DNA of 64,000 nucleotides from a bacterium (lineage in GTDB: Bacteria; Patescibacteriota; Andersenbacteria; UBA10190; CAIZMI01), in assembly GCA_030647555.1 (NCBI GenBank), contig JAUSJG010000008.1, positions 1,467 through 65,466 of the forward strand, read 5' to 3'. Under the pieces are notes generated by a model that searched no databases, was not told where the DNA came from, and saw nothing but the letters and a program-made list of their open reading frames with translations. Below, one piece after another: positions 50,773-59,654 of the stretch (position 1 is its first letter; every line of letters begins with the position of its first letter). Made by a program: the position numbers and the translations under genes.

Positions 50773-51717
50773 TCAGACTTTTGGCCACTTGGCCGGATCT
50801 ACTTGCATTGGGTCTTCGATTGCTAGTTCTCGGAGTTTAACTAAAACATCATCTGGTAATGGTCCTGCGGAAACCGCGGCAACCATTCCGGCAATACGTT
50901 CCGGTTTTGTTGTGCCCATCAAGGCCGTGGAAACGGCGGGGTTACTAATTACAAAGCGCATCGCAAGCGTTGGTAAATCCATTCCCAACTCCGTCGCAAT
51001 TTTTTCGGCTTGACGAGAATTTTCTTTTAATACCGAAAGTTGCTCCGGCAGTTGTTCTCGGCGCGTTGGTGTAAGTGAGCCTTTCAGCAAAACAGATCGG
51101 TTGATAATCCCCACATCGTTTTTCATCGCTTCTGTCATCACGTTGGCCACCATACGCTGATCCACAACACTGTGGGCCAGTTGCAGAGTCTCAAAAAAAT
51201 TAGTTTTAATGGCTACGAGGGGTGCTTCTTCACCGCGCGTGGAAATGCCGACGTGTTGAACTTTTCCAGAATTAATTAATTCGCGGAGGATGTCAGCGAT
51301 TTCACCGCGTTCGATTTGTTCGGCCGTAGCGTAATGTAGTTGTAGTAATTGCAGGGAATCGGTTTGCAGTTTTCTCAAACTTTCTTCGACATCGCCGACA
51401 ATTAGTTGTTTCAATTCGTCACCATGTGGATCGATGCCTTTTTCTAACGGCATGCCACACTTTGTGCCGATCACAATATCTGGAATTTTTCCAATACCGG
51501 ATTTGCCAATGCGTTCTTCAGATAGTCCATAACCGCGCGCGGTATCAATATAATTTATTCCCGCATCGATGGCTGTCTTCAGGATTGTAATAGCCGTTTG
51601 TTCGGATGGTACCTCTTTTTTGCCGATACCATACTCAAGACCAAGTTCGACTGTGCCTAAGCCAAGCACAGTGACTTCGAGTTCGGAACTTCCTAATTTC
51701 TTTTTTAATAGTGTCAT
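50773..51717 (-). CDS. Aldo/keto reductase
   Basis: LGLGT, IDTARGYG, TK and SLRKLQTD..LLQLH motifs. Confidence 0.92.
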   Translation of the reverse strand: MTLLKKKLGSSELEVTVLGLGTVELGLEYGIGKKEVPSEQTAITILKTAIDAGINYIDTARGYGLSEERIGKSGIGKIPDIVIGTKCGMPLEKGIDPHGDELKQLIVGDVEESLRKLQTDSLQLLQLHYATAEQIERGEIADILRELINSGKVQHVGISTRGEEAPLVAIKTNFFETLQLAHSVVDQRMVANVMTEAMKNDVGIINRSVLLKGSLTPTRREQLPEQLSVLKENSRQAEKIATELGMDLPTLAMRFVISNPAVSTALMGTTKPERIAGMVAAVSAGPLPDDVLVKLRELAIEDPMQVDPAKWPKV

Positions 51718-51770
51718 ATGGATTTTATGTTACGAGGAGTGAGGGAATAGTCAAATTGATAGGGTATGTT

Positions 51771-52250
51771 TTAGTCACAACGGATGTCGCCGTCTGCTGG
51801 AGTGTTATCGTTAGACGCCCAAACAAAATATATGTTTTCGCTTTCTTTCGGTTTATAGTTTTTCAAATATTTTTCTCTCAATTCATACCACGGACTGTCA
51901 AGACGTTCATTGCCATCAGGAAAATAAACTCCTGCTGTAAAAAAATCATATGGATAGAATTTTTCTAATTCTTCTTTTGCTATTGGGCTTGAGCGGAACT
52001 CGCCTGCAATAAATTCACAATAAGTGCCATCTGCCCAATTTCCCACTTCCGCCACTTCTGTTATCAGGTTTGATTGAGTTGGATGAAACGATTCTATTTG
52101 CTGGCGAAAATTATTCTGAAAAACCTTTAAGTGATAATTATTAAATGGAATTTTGTATGTCATATATATAGCAAATAAAGTAGCGAGCAGTAAAAATACT
52201 GAAATGATGGTGGCACCTGATATAATTGTTATTTTGTAAAATAATTTCAT
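51771..52250 (-). CDS. Hypothetical membrane-anchored protein
   Basis: N-terminal TM helix, AT-rich, C-terminal DIRCD. Confidence 0.65.
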   Translation of the reverse strand: MKLFYKITIISGATIISVFLLLATLFAIYMTYKIPFNNYHLKVFQNNFRQQIESFHPTQSNLITEVAEVGNWADGTYCEFIAGEFRSSPIAKEELEKFYPYDFFTAGVYFPDGNERLDSPWYELREKYLKNYKPKESENIYFVWASNDNTPADGDIRCD

Positions 52251-52255
52251 TTGTT

Positions 52256-52447
52256 TTATTTTAACCAATCTTGGGCTAATTTATAAAATTCGTTGACTAT
52301 TTGTAAGCCACGATCGTTCGGTTGCGGACTGTTATGTGGGTCTTTGTGTTTTAAAGAATAAATTTTTAAGTTTTCATCAATAAAAACCAGGCTTCTCTTT
52401 TTAGTATCAGTGGCAATTAAAATTATTTTAATAACATTCTTATTCAT
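52256..52447 (-). CDS. Short hypothetical ORF, possibly an internally deleted remnant
   Basis: 63 aa with gene-like composition, directly upstream of the previous gene. Confidence 0.4.
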   Translation of the reverse strand: MNKNVIKIILIATDTKKRSLVFIDENLKIYSLKHKDPHNSPQPNDRGLQIVNEFYKLAQDWLK

Positions 52448-52569
52448 AAGTTTTTATATTAACATATGTTAACATTACTTAATTATAGGTCTTAATTTCT
52501 TTAGGTCAATATCTCGTTATAGCTAATAAATAGTGTTACCGAAACCGTCTACATGAGGAGTTACGTGAC

Positions 52570-52762
52570 GGTAACCGCTCACAGGTTAAGGAAATAGCCG
52601 TAGCGGTCACATTGAAGGTGGTGCACGCTTGCACTTCCTCCGATGTGGACGACGGTTCGCGTTGACGCAAACCTTCTACCACTTCCGATGAAGGCCAAGC
52701 GTGGCCCACATCGGAAGTGAGTGCGACGATTCTTCGTTTTCCTTAACCTGTGAGGGGTTACC
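52570..52762. ncRNA. Candidate structured RNA or MITE (25-bp closing stem, two internal hairpins)
   Basis: GGTAACCGCTCACAGGTTAAGGAAA / TTTCCTTAACCTGTGAGGGGTTACC (24/25 paired), enclosing two GC-rich hairpins. Confidence 0.5.
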
Positions 52763-52962
52763 TAATCGGACATTTTGATTTTTTGGCTGATTTGGCATAA
52801 ATTGTTTATATGGCACAGTAGCAAATTGTTCAAAGCAACTCGGTTTATATTTATTCCTCAAAAAACAACATATCGCAGGAATTAAGGACGGGAGGAAACG
52901 GGTATTACGATGTATTGGGAATTACGGCTGATATTTGGGGGCGAGATCTTAAATACCGTTCT

Positions 52963-53037
52963 AAATAAAAAGCCGTCCTCCGCGAGGAGGACGACCCTTG
53001 GATGTGATACCCTTTCAGTTACGACTAACTGAAAGAC
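52963..53037 (-). ncRNA. Candidate small RNA (about 75 nt)
   Basis: Minus-strand TTGACA-17-TAGTAT (53072-53044), a 10-bp hairpin, then a GC-rich terminator hairpin and U-run. Confidence 0.5.
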
Positions 53038-53153
53038 ACAAGAATACTAGCAGGCAGGTAGTGGTTTGTCAAGGGCAATGGGTGGAATTATGAAGGACAA
53101 CAGGTAGAAAAATGAATTATTTATCACTAACATCAGGAGAATACACCAATAAT

Positions 53154-53972
53154 ATGAAGATCGTGAATTCAAACCCTAAACGTAACCCAGTAAATGTAAT
53201 CGCGCTGATTCCAGCGCGTGGTGGGCAACAAAGTATCAAGTACAAGAATCTCTCCAGGCTTGGTAAAAAATCCTTATTACAATGGGCGATTGAAACGGCC
53301 ATGACCTCTAAAATGATTGATGCGGTGGTAGTGTCTACGGAGGATAAAAAAATTGCCAGAGAAGCAAAGAAGTTTGGTGCTTTAGTTGCACCGCGTCCGG
53401 CTGAATACGCACAGGCAACAAGCGGTGACGCCGGTTTTTATACGCACGCTGTTCAATGGTTGGAGCAGGAATTTGGATGGAAACCGGAATATATCGTTAA
53501 TCTGCGACCAACTACACCGTTGCGTTTTTCGGAAGATGTTGATGCAATGATTGAATACGTTCAGAAGAGTGGTGCGGACGGTATAAAAAGTGTGATGCAA
53601 ACTCCTGTTCATACTTATAAAATGTGGACATTCGCGGGAAACGCGAATAAAAAAATTGGTGAAGCCGGACAGATGAGTCCGATTTTAAACGACGAATACC
53701 GAAAACTGCATGGTCCCGATCAGCCGCGTCAGCGGGTTTTTGAAATGTATCCGCAATATTGGCAGGATGGCCAGGTGGATATTACCCGTCGAAAATTTAT
53801 ATTACGTCCGGAGTGTCTGAAATATGAAAATGTTTTTGGGCCGAACTTGCACGGCTATGTTTTGGATGGACGCTTGATTGCCGATATCGACAGTGAGAAA
53901 GATCTTATCCGGGCAGAAAAGTTGTACAAACAGTACCTTTTAGAAAAGAAGCAGAATTTGTCGAACTACTGA
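53154..53972 (+). CDS. neuA: Acylneuraminate cytidylyltransferase (NeuA family)
   Basis: IPARGG...IKYKN, VSTED, LRPTTPLR and DIDSEKD motifs. Confidence 0.88.
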   Translation: MKIVNSNPKRNPVNVIALIPARGGQQSIKYKNLSRLGKKSLLQWAIETAMTSKMIDAVVVSTEDKKIAREAKKFGALVAPRPAEYAQATSGDAGFYTHAVQWLEQEFGWKPEYIVNLRPTTPLRFSEDVDAMIEYVQKSGADGIKSVMQTPVHTYKMWTFAGNANKKIGEAGQMSPILNDEYRKLHGPDQPRQRVFEMYPQYWQDGQVDITRRKFILRPECLKYENVFGPNLHGYVLDGRLIADIDSEKDLIRAEKLYKQYLLEKKQNLSNY

Positions 53973-54070
53973 TATTTTCACATTAGCTTAATGTTTATTG
54001 CCCCCAATTATGGCTAATATAAGCTCGTAATAGGCACAAAAAAGTTAAGTTAATGTGAAAATATCAGTAG
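53966..54070. mobile_element. MITE-like element, 105 bp, 26-bp TIRs
   Basis: CTACTGATATTTTCACATTAGCTTAA / TTAAGTTAATGTGAAAATATCAGTAG; supplies the neuA stop codon. Confidence 0.6.
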
Positions 54071-54092
54071 ATTAATATAAGCGAAAGCAATA

Positions 54093-54237
54093 TTTGTATA
54101 TTGTATTTGGTATATAGTATATGGAATTATCGACTGTTGCGAAAATAAATTGGCAGATTGGGGCTATCTCTACCATCTGTGCTACATGAACGCTCGGATT
54201 AAATAAACCCATATACTAAATACTATATACAATATAC
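54093..54237. repeat. Heptamer-armed cassette, family A, copy 7
   Basis: Same arms, between convergent genes. Confidence 0.9.
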
Positions 54238-54257
54238 TGGTAAAAGACTTCAGTCTT

Positions 54258-55463
54258 TTACACTAGTTTCTGAATTTCTTCCATCGTCCTCTGACAAGAA
54301 GAGCCATCAAGGAAAGTGATGATATTCTTACAGCTCTGCACTCGACCATCACGGTCTTTTTCAGGGTGCTCCAAGTAGTCATTAATTGCGGGAATTAAAT
54401 CTGGTCGTTTTTTAATGACACGTACCCCGCCACCGGAAACTATGTCGCGATAATGTTCCTTAAAGTCCTTAACCACCATCGACTTTCTCCAGTTCCACCA
54501 ATCGAGTGGTTTGCCATAGAGTACGCAAATGGTCGGGCGATCGCCAAGCATTGATTCCACGGCGGCAGATGAAGAAAAATTAACCATCACGTCGGTGTAT
54601 TTCCAGAGTGCCACGAGCATATACATTTCGCGCATCGTGGGGTTGAAGTTGAAATCTTTGTGTGGGGAATTGTCACGGCGTCCGAAAGAATAACGCAGGG
54701 TGTAATTATATTTATCGGCCCAATGTTGGTGCATCGCCGGCTTGCCACTTCCTGGGTGCATGGAAGCATAAAGTTGTAAATCGGCAGGAAGGCTTCCGTC
54801 TTGTTTCGCGATACCGATTTGTTCGGCGACATTCGACATGTCATACAGTTCGACGGTGGCGACATGCAAAAGTCGCTTGTTTGGATCTAAGCCGATGTAT
54901 TCAAAAAGTTCTTCACGTGAAGGGATTCTATTTGTGTGAGAGAAAAGATCGAGGCGTGGCGCACCGGTCACCGCAACCTGTTCTTCTTTGATGTCCGTAA
55001 ACTCGCGAAGTAAATGGTCTTTCATTATTTGATTCCAGACGATAATTTTATCGGGAATAACTTGCTCCGACCGTAGTCGTGCCATTTTCCAAATATTGTC
55101 CCAGGATTCAATGAAAGTGCAGGTTTTTAAACCCAGTTTTTTAGCAACGCGAAGAATTGGGCGATCAACGACATCGCGCCCCGTTGTTGTGGTTAATACC
55201 AAATCTGGTTGATATTTTTTGTAGATCGTTTCTAGTTTGGTTTCCGTTTCCGGTTTATCCCAGGCTTCTGATTTTATGTCTTCAAAGGTAAAACGGTGGC
55301 GCGGATACTCCGAAGCAGGGAAAAATTCATCTGCCCATGGCGCGCCGGGAGAAACGATAACGTAATTCCAAGTATATTTATTAATCAAAAGCTCACGCAT
55401 TGGCTGGAGCAGGGCGCGGTGATGAGAGCCGGAAGGGACGGAGATAACAATGGTGGCATTCAT
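54258..55463 (-). CDS. GT-B fold protein (TagF-like or putative nonulosonic acid transferase)
   Basis: ESWDN, VWNQIMK, TGAPRLD, HP and SSAAVES motifs. Confidence 0.75.
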   Translation of the reverse strand: MNATIVISVPSGSHHRALLQPMRELLINKYTWNYVIVSPGAPWADEFFPASEYPRHRFTFEDIKSEAWDKPETETKLETIYKKYQPDLVLTTTTGRDVVDRPILRVAKKLGLKTCTFIESWDNIWKMARLRSEQVIPDKIIVWNQIMKDHLLREFTDIKEEQVAVTGAPRLDLFSHTNRIPSREELFEYIGLDPNKRLLHVATVELYDMSNVAEQIGIAKQDGSLPADLQLYASMHPGSGKPAMHQHWADKYNYTLRYSFGRRDNSPHKDFNFNPTMREMYMLVALWKYTDVMVNFSSSAAVESMLGDRPTICVLYGKPLDWWNWRKSMVVKDFKEHYRDIVSGGGVRVIKKRPDLIPAINDYLEHPEKDRDGRVQSCKNIITFLDGSSCQRTMEEIQKLV

Positions 55464-55562
55464 ATGATTAAAGTATCAGATAAATTTATAAGAACCAAAT
55501 GGATTTGAATTGTTTAGGGATGATTCTGTAAAAGGATTATTCCTAAATAGCGTTACGACGTA

Positions 55563-55591
55563 TTGACGCAAACTATAACTTATAGTATGCT
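55563..55591 (+). promoter_or_regulatory. sigma70-like promoter
   Basis: TTGACG-17-TATGCT. Confidence 0.6.
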
Positions 55592-55655
55592 ACCTTATTC
55601 CCTGAAAGCGTTTCGGGGTTTGTGTTCTGTGAATAATTTGCGAAGGGTATGAAAG

Positions 55656-56840
55656 ATGCCAAGTAAAAAAGCGAAAAAACGATTTCTAGTGGTCGCCGCC
55701 CATACAGGTAGCTTCCTCAATGGTCCTCTGCCGGTGGCGCGTTTACTTCGAGAGATGGGGCACGATGTTTCGGTATGCTTGCAGACTGGGCAATCGGCTT
55801 ACGATTCGTGGAAGTCGAGTGGCAAGGTTTGGCAGGAGCTCAAATGGTTCGATGTCGCCGGAAAGAGCGGTGCATGGCCGCAGCTCAAGTCAACGTTTGA
55901 TGCAGTGCTTCTGGCAATGTCGCCGGTCATTGGAGCCAATTCTGAGATCGGTGCGTTGATGATGGCACATGAAGACGGGGTTCCGGCTTTTGGGGTATCG
56001 GATTTTCCGGGGAGTTTGCGGAATCCGGGCTGGCGTGATTATGTTCGTCACTTGACCACGCTTTTCTCCCCGATGCCCGAACCGAATTTTCCTGGAAAGT
56101 GTGTCGTCTCCGGCTGGGGTGCGTTGGAAAAATGGCGCAACAAAGATGTTGGCGCCATGGCTTATGCTACACGTCTCAAGCTCGGTATCGGTCATGAACC
56201 GGTGCTGTACGTTTTCTTTTCTCCGGAGCGCGAATCGCCATTGGCCTTGGAACACTTGGCGATTTTAATTCGAGAAGTGGATATCGACGGCATTACGATA
56301 GTGGTCAATCGTCACGGGCGTGAAAAAAGTACGCCCGTTGATGGGAACGCTCGAAGATTCCGAGTGGCGCTTTGCTTGCTTGGTGAAAATAATCGTGTTT
56401 TCGATAACAGCCCGGAGTATTCCGAATTTCTCAGTTTGGATGAACGTTCGATTTTGCCACAGTTTCGACCGGATGAGTTTCTTGAATATCAGGAGGCCTT
56501 AACTTTGGCCAGAGGAAATGGGGTTGCCCTAACGATGTTCGGGACGGATGGTTTACTCGCACCGTATCTGGCTTCGAGTGGGATTCTTTCGGTGTGCTGG
56601 CTTGATCCTGTTTATGGTGGTGCCGTTCTAAAACGTGAGAAGCAAGTTGAGCGGCTCGATTTGCCTATCCTTTGGCAGCCGACGAATGATCTGGATTTGC
56701 TCACATGCATCGACAGTGGGTTGCGTGGACGTTCCGATGCACGTGAGAAGCAGATTGAATTGTTAGAACAACAGTATCCGTTTCCGAAATCGTCTGCACC
56801 GCAGATCATCGTCGACGAGATCTTGCGACAACTGGGTTAG
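55656..56840 (+). CDS. Divergent GT-B-like hypothetical protein (ORFan-like)
   Basis: Higher GC; GT-B-like layout (GHDVSV, RHGRE); own promoter and terminator at 56877-56905. Confidence 0.65.
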   Translation: MPSKKAKKRFLVVAAHTGSFLNGPLPVARLLREMGHDVSVCLQTGQSAYDSWKSSGKVWQELKWFDVAGKSGAWPQLKSTFDAVLLAMSPVIGANSEIGALMMAHEDGVPAFGVSDFPGSLRNPGWRDYVRHLTTLFSPMPEPNFPGKCVVSGWGALEKWRNKDVGAMAYATRLKLGIGHEPVLYVFFSPERESPLALEHLAILIREVDIDGITIVVNRHGREKSTPVDGNARRFRVALCLLGENNRVFDNSPEYSEFLSLDERSILPQFRPDEFLEYQEALTLARGNGVALTMFGTDGLLAPYLASSGILSVCWLDPVYGGAVLKREKQVERLDLPILWQPTNDLDLLTCIDSGLRGRSDAREKQIELLEQQYPFPKSSAPQIIVDEILRQLG

Positions 56841-57018
56841 TTTGTAAGATGTCTGACACCTTCAACTCGTTCTTTATCCCGACACATGCGTGTCGGGATT
56901 TTTTTGTTAAGTTTTGCGAACCTGTGTCCGATCACGGAACGGAGCAATCTTGCTCCGTTCCATGATCGGTGTTGGTTCGTTGCTGGCAGAAAAAGAAATA
57001 AAGAGTATAACTAAGAAC

Positions 57019-58335
57019 ATGACTAACAAAATTTCTCCTCTAGAATCGTTTCGAACAACTCTAAGAGAAGTCGGTGGCAAAATGAATTTGCGCAAAGATG
57101 TAATCGAAATATTAAGTTATCCGCAACGGGTGATAGACGCGTATATTCCAGTTGAAATGGATAACGGGTCGATGCGAATTTTTCACGGGTATCGCGCGCA
57201 GCACCAAAATGCGCGTGGGCCATATAAGGGAGGCATTCGTTTCCACCCGGATGTAGATGAACAAGAAGTGCAGGCATTGGCGGCTTGGATGACCATGAAA
57301 ACAGCAGTTGTAGATATTCCGTTCGGCGGTGCAAAAGGTGGTGTGGCTTTGAACCCGATGGAGTTGTCGGACAGGGAATTACAACGTCTTACTCGGGCCT
57401 TTGTGCAAACATTAGGTGAAGCCATTGGTCCAAACGTTGATGTGCCGGCGCCGGATGTAAATACGAATGGGCAAATTATGGCGTGGGCGGCGGACGAGTA
57501 CAGTCGTCTGCATCAAGGGGCACCGCACGTTGAAGCAACTTTCACGGGTAAGCCTATTTCGGTGGGTGGTAGCTTGGGCAGAGAAGAAGCAACCGGTTAC
57601 GGCGGAATCTTGGTTTTGCAAAACTTCCTGACGCGCAAAAATATCGCCAAGGACGGTCTAAAAGTGGCAGTACAGGGTTTCGGCAATGTGGGTTCCTATT
57701 TCGCGCGGTTTGCCCATAATAACGGCATGCACGTGGTGGCGGTTTCCGACTCGCGTGGTGGAATCTATAATTCCGATGGCCATGATGTTGATGCGGTGGT
57801 GGCCGGTCAAAAACGCGCCGGTCATTTGGAAAAGAATGTTTGTTATCCGCGGATTGGTGTTGCTGAAGCGGGTCAAAAAGCCAGCGAGTGTTCTCCGATT
57901 ACCAACGCGCAATTGTTGGAATTGCCAGTAGACATTTTGGTGCCGGCGGCATTGGAAAATCAAATTACCGCCGAAAATGTCGAAAAAATTCAAGCAAAGA
58001 TAATTATCGAGATGGCCAACGGACCAATTACGCCGGAAGCGGATGTGATTTTAGCGCGTCGTGGCATTATTGTTATTCCCGATATTTTAGCAAATGCCGG
58101 CGGCGTCACAGTCAGTTACTTTGAATGGGTACAAAATTTGCAGAATCTTTATTGGACCAAGGAAGAAGTGAATTCTCGGTTGGAACAAAAAATGGCCACT
58201 TCATCAAATGATGTTTTTGATATTGCCGATAAAGAAAAAGTTACAAACCGCGAAGCGGCATACCGAATTGCTCTGGCACGCGTTCAAGAAGCGATGGTGC
58301 TTAAGGGTTGGGTACCGGCGCAGGTGAAGGGGTAA
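57019..58335 (+). CDS. gdhA: Glutamate dehydrogenase
   Basis: GPYKGGIRFHP, FGGAKGG, DVPAPD, QGFGNVG and NAGGVTVSYFEW motifs. Confidence 0.95.
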   Translation: MTNKISPLESFRTTLREVGGKMNLRKDVIEILSYPQRVIDAYIPVEMDNGSMRIFHGYRAQHQNARGPYKGGIRFHPDVDEQEVQALAAWMTMKTAVVDIPFGGAKGGVALNPMELSDRELQRLTRAFVQTLGEAIGPNVDVPAPDVNTNGQIMAWAADEYSRLHQGAPHVEATFTGKPISVGGSLGREEATGYGGILVLQNFLTRKNIAKDGLKVAVQGFGNVGSYFARFAHNNGMHVVAVSDSRGGIYNSDGHDVDAVVAGQKRAGHLEKNVCYPRIGVAEAGQKASECSPITNAQLLELPVDILVPAALENQITAENVEKIQAKIIIEMANGPITPEADVILARRGIIVIPDILANAGGVTVSYFEWVQNLQNLYWTKEEVNSRLEQKMATSSNDVFDIADKEKVTNREAAYRIALARVQEAMVLKGWVPAQVKG

Positions 58336-58396
58336 GGATAGAAGATTTTTTGGGTTTATTAACCTTTGGTTTCTTTGGGGTTGTTACGCTTACCTC

Positions 58397-58854
58397 TTTG
58401 TATATGGTATTTAGTATATAGTATATGGATTTATTGACTCTGTTCTGGTTTTGAGTTTGAACTCCTTATTAGGCCGTTTATTAGTTTTGACACATCAACG
58501 GTTTTCTTTGCGATGGTGTTAAAATCATCCTTTGTTATATAACCCAAATCTCGACAAATGATGTATTGGTTTTGAAGTTCTGTTAGGGATCCTTTTGCAA
58601 TCGCATAAAACTGTTGTTTGTCTCGTTTTGTGTTTCGACTAAATCCTTCGGCAATGTTAGAAGAAACAGATACCGCGGCTCTTCTCATTTGACTAGTTAG
58701 TCCAAATATTTCTTCTTTTGGAAATGATTTGGATATTTTGTAGGTCATTAGCACTAATGCGTGGCTTTCTCTCCAAGCATCTAAATGCGTAAAAGATGTG
58801 ATTTTGTTTGTGTTTGATAAATCCATATACTATATACCAAATACCATATACAAA
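58397..58854. mobile_element. Heptamer-armed cassette, family A, copy 8, carrying the four-helix-bundle gene
   Basis: Arms at 58397-58433 and 58818-58854 (one mismatch) directly bound the ORF. Mobility is inferred. Confidence 0.75.
58431..58826 (-). CDS. Four helix bundle protein (23S rRNA IVP / Avd-like family)
   Basis: F..L.AW..SH, FPKEEIFGLTSQMRRAAVSVSSNIAEG, F..IAKGSL.E and DLGY motifs. Confidence 0.95.
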   Translation of the reverse strand: MDLSNTNKITSFTHLDAWRESHALVLMTYKISKSFPKEEIFGLTSQMRRAAVSVSSNIAEGFSRNTKRDKQQFYAIAKGSLTELQNQYIICRDLGYITKDDFNTIAKKTVDVSKLINGLIRSSNSKPEQSQ

Positions 58855-58880
58855 AAATTTTATTGAGCAGTGGATGCTGT

Positions 58881-59594
58881 TTATTTTAGGTGGTGTCTAT
58901 TGAACCGAATCGCCCACACCAACCACAGAGCCTCCCAAATTATTGACTTACTGATTTTTGATTTGCCTACTCTTCTATCAATAAACACGATTGGCATTTC
59001 GGAAATTTTTGCTTTGAGGGCGGATGCACGGGAATTCATTTCAATTTGAAAACCATAACCATCGGCATGAACGGTAGCAAGATTCATTTTCTTCAACAAC
59101 TCTGTTCTCCAGCACTTAAAACCGCCTGTGAGATCCGAAATTGGAACGCCAGTTACTAGGCGTGCATAGATATTGGCCCACTGGCTTAAAAGCCTGCGAT
59201 TGGTTTTCCAGTCGGAGACTTTTCCACCTTGCATATAACGTGAACCAATAACTAAATCGGTGGTTTTAATTTTATTTACAAATCGCAGGATATCGTTTGG
59301 GTCGTGCGAAAAATCCGCGTCCATCTGGATAATTGTATCGGCACCACGATTGATCGCCTCTTGAAAACCGGCCAAGTATGCACGCCCGAGACCCTCTTTT
59401 TTCGCGCGATTAAACAATGAAACTGGAGGAAATTTTTGTGAATAAGATTGAACGATTTGGCCGGTACCATCGGGTGAAGAATCATCAACCACGAGAATTG
59501 ATAGGTCCGGAATCTGTAATCCAATAATTGTCTCAATTAAATTACCGATATTTTCCTTTTCATTATATGTCGGTATTACAACTGTAGTTTTCAT
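58881..59594 (-). CDS. Polyprenol monophosphomannose synthase (DPM1/Ppm1-like GT2)
   Basis: PTYNEKEN, VDDSSPDGT, MDADFSH and GYGFQIE motifs. Confidence 0.92.
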   Translation of the reverse strand: MKTTVVIPTYNEKENIGNLIETIIGLQIPDLSILVVDDSSPDGTGQIVQSYSQKFPPVSLFNRAKKEGLGRAYLAGFQEAINRGADTIIQMDADFSHDPNDILRFVNKIKTTDLVIGSRYMQGGKVSDWKTNRRLLSQWANIYARLVTGVPISDLTGGFKCWRTELLKKMNLATVHADGYGFQIEMNSRASALKAKISEMPIVFIDRRVGKSKISKSIIWEALWLVWAIRFNRHHLK

Positions 59595-59611
59595 TTGAGA
59601 GAAAAGGTTAA

Positions 59612-59648
59612 TAATTCCATATACTATATACTAAATACTATATACAAA
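59612..59648. repeat. Solo family A arm
   Basis: TAATT-CCATATA-CTATATA-CTAAATA-CTATATA-CAAA with no nearby partner. Confidence 0.85.
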
Positions 59649-59654
59649 TATTGA

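Noticed and set aside
52570-52762. tmRNA, RNase P, SRP or retron ncRNA
   Set aside because: The diagnostic motifs were not seen and there is no adjacent RT; 6S RNA cannot be excluded without a covariance search.
58431-58826. Diversity-generating retroelement (Avd-like gene)
   Set aside because: No reverse transcriptase, and I found no TR/VR pair differing only at adenines. The FISUMP gene has no visible template repeat in the window.
58397-58854. 23S rRNA intervening sequence
   Set aside because: The flanks are protein-coding genes and there is no rRNA sequence here.
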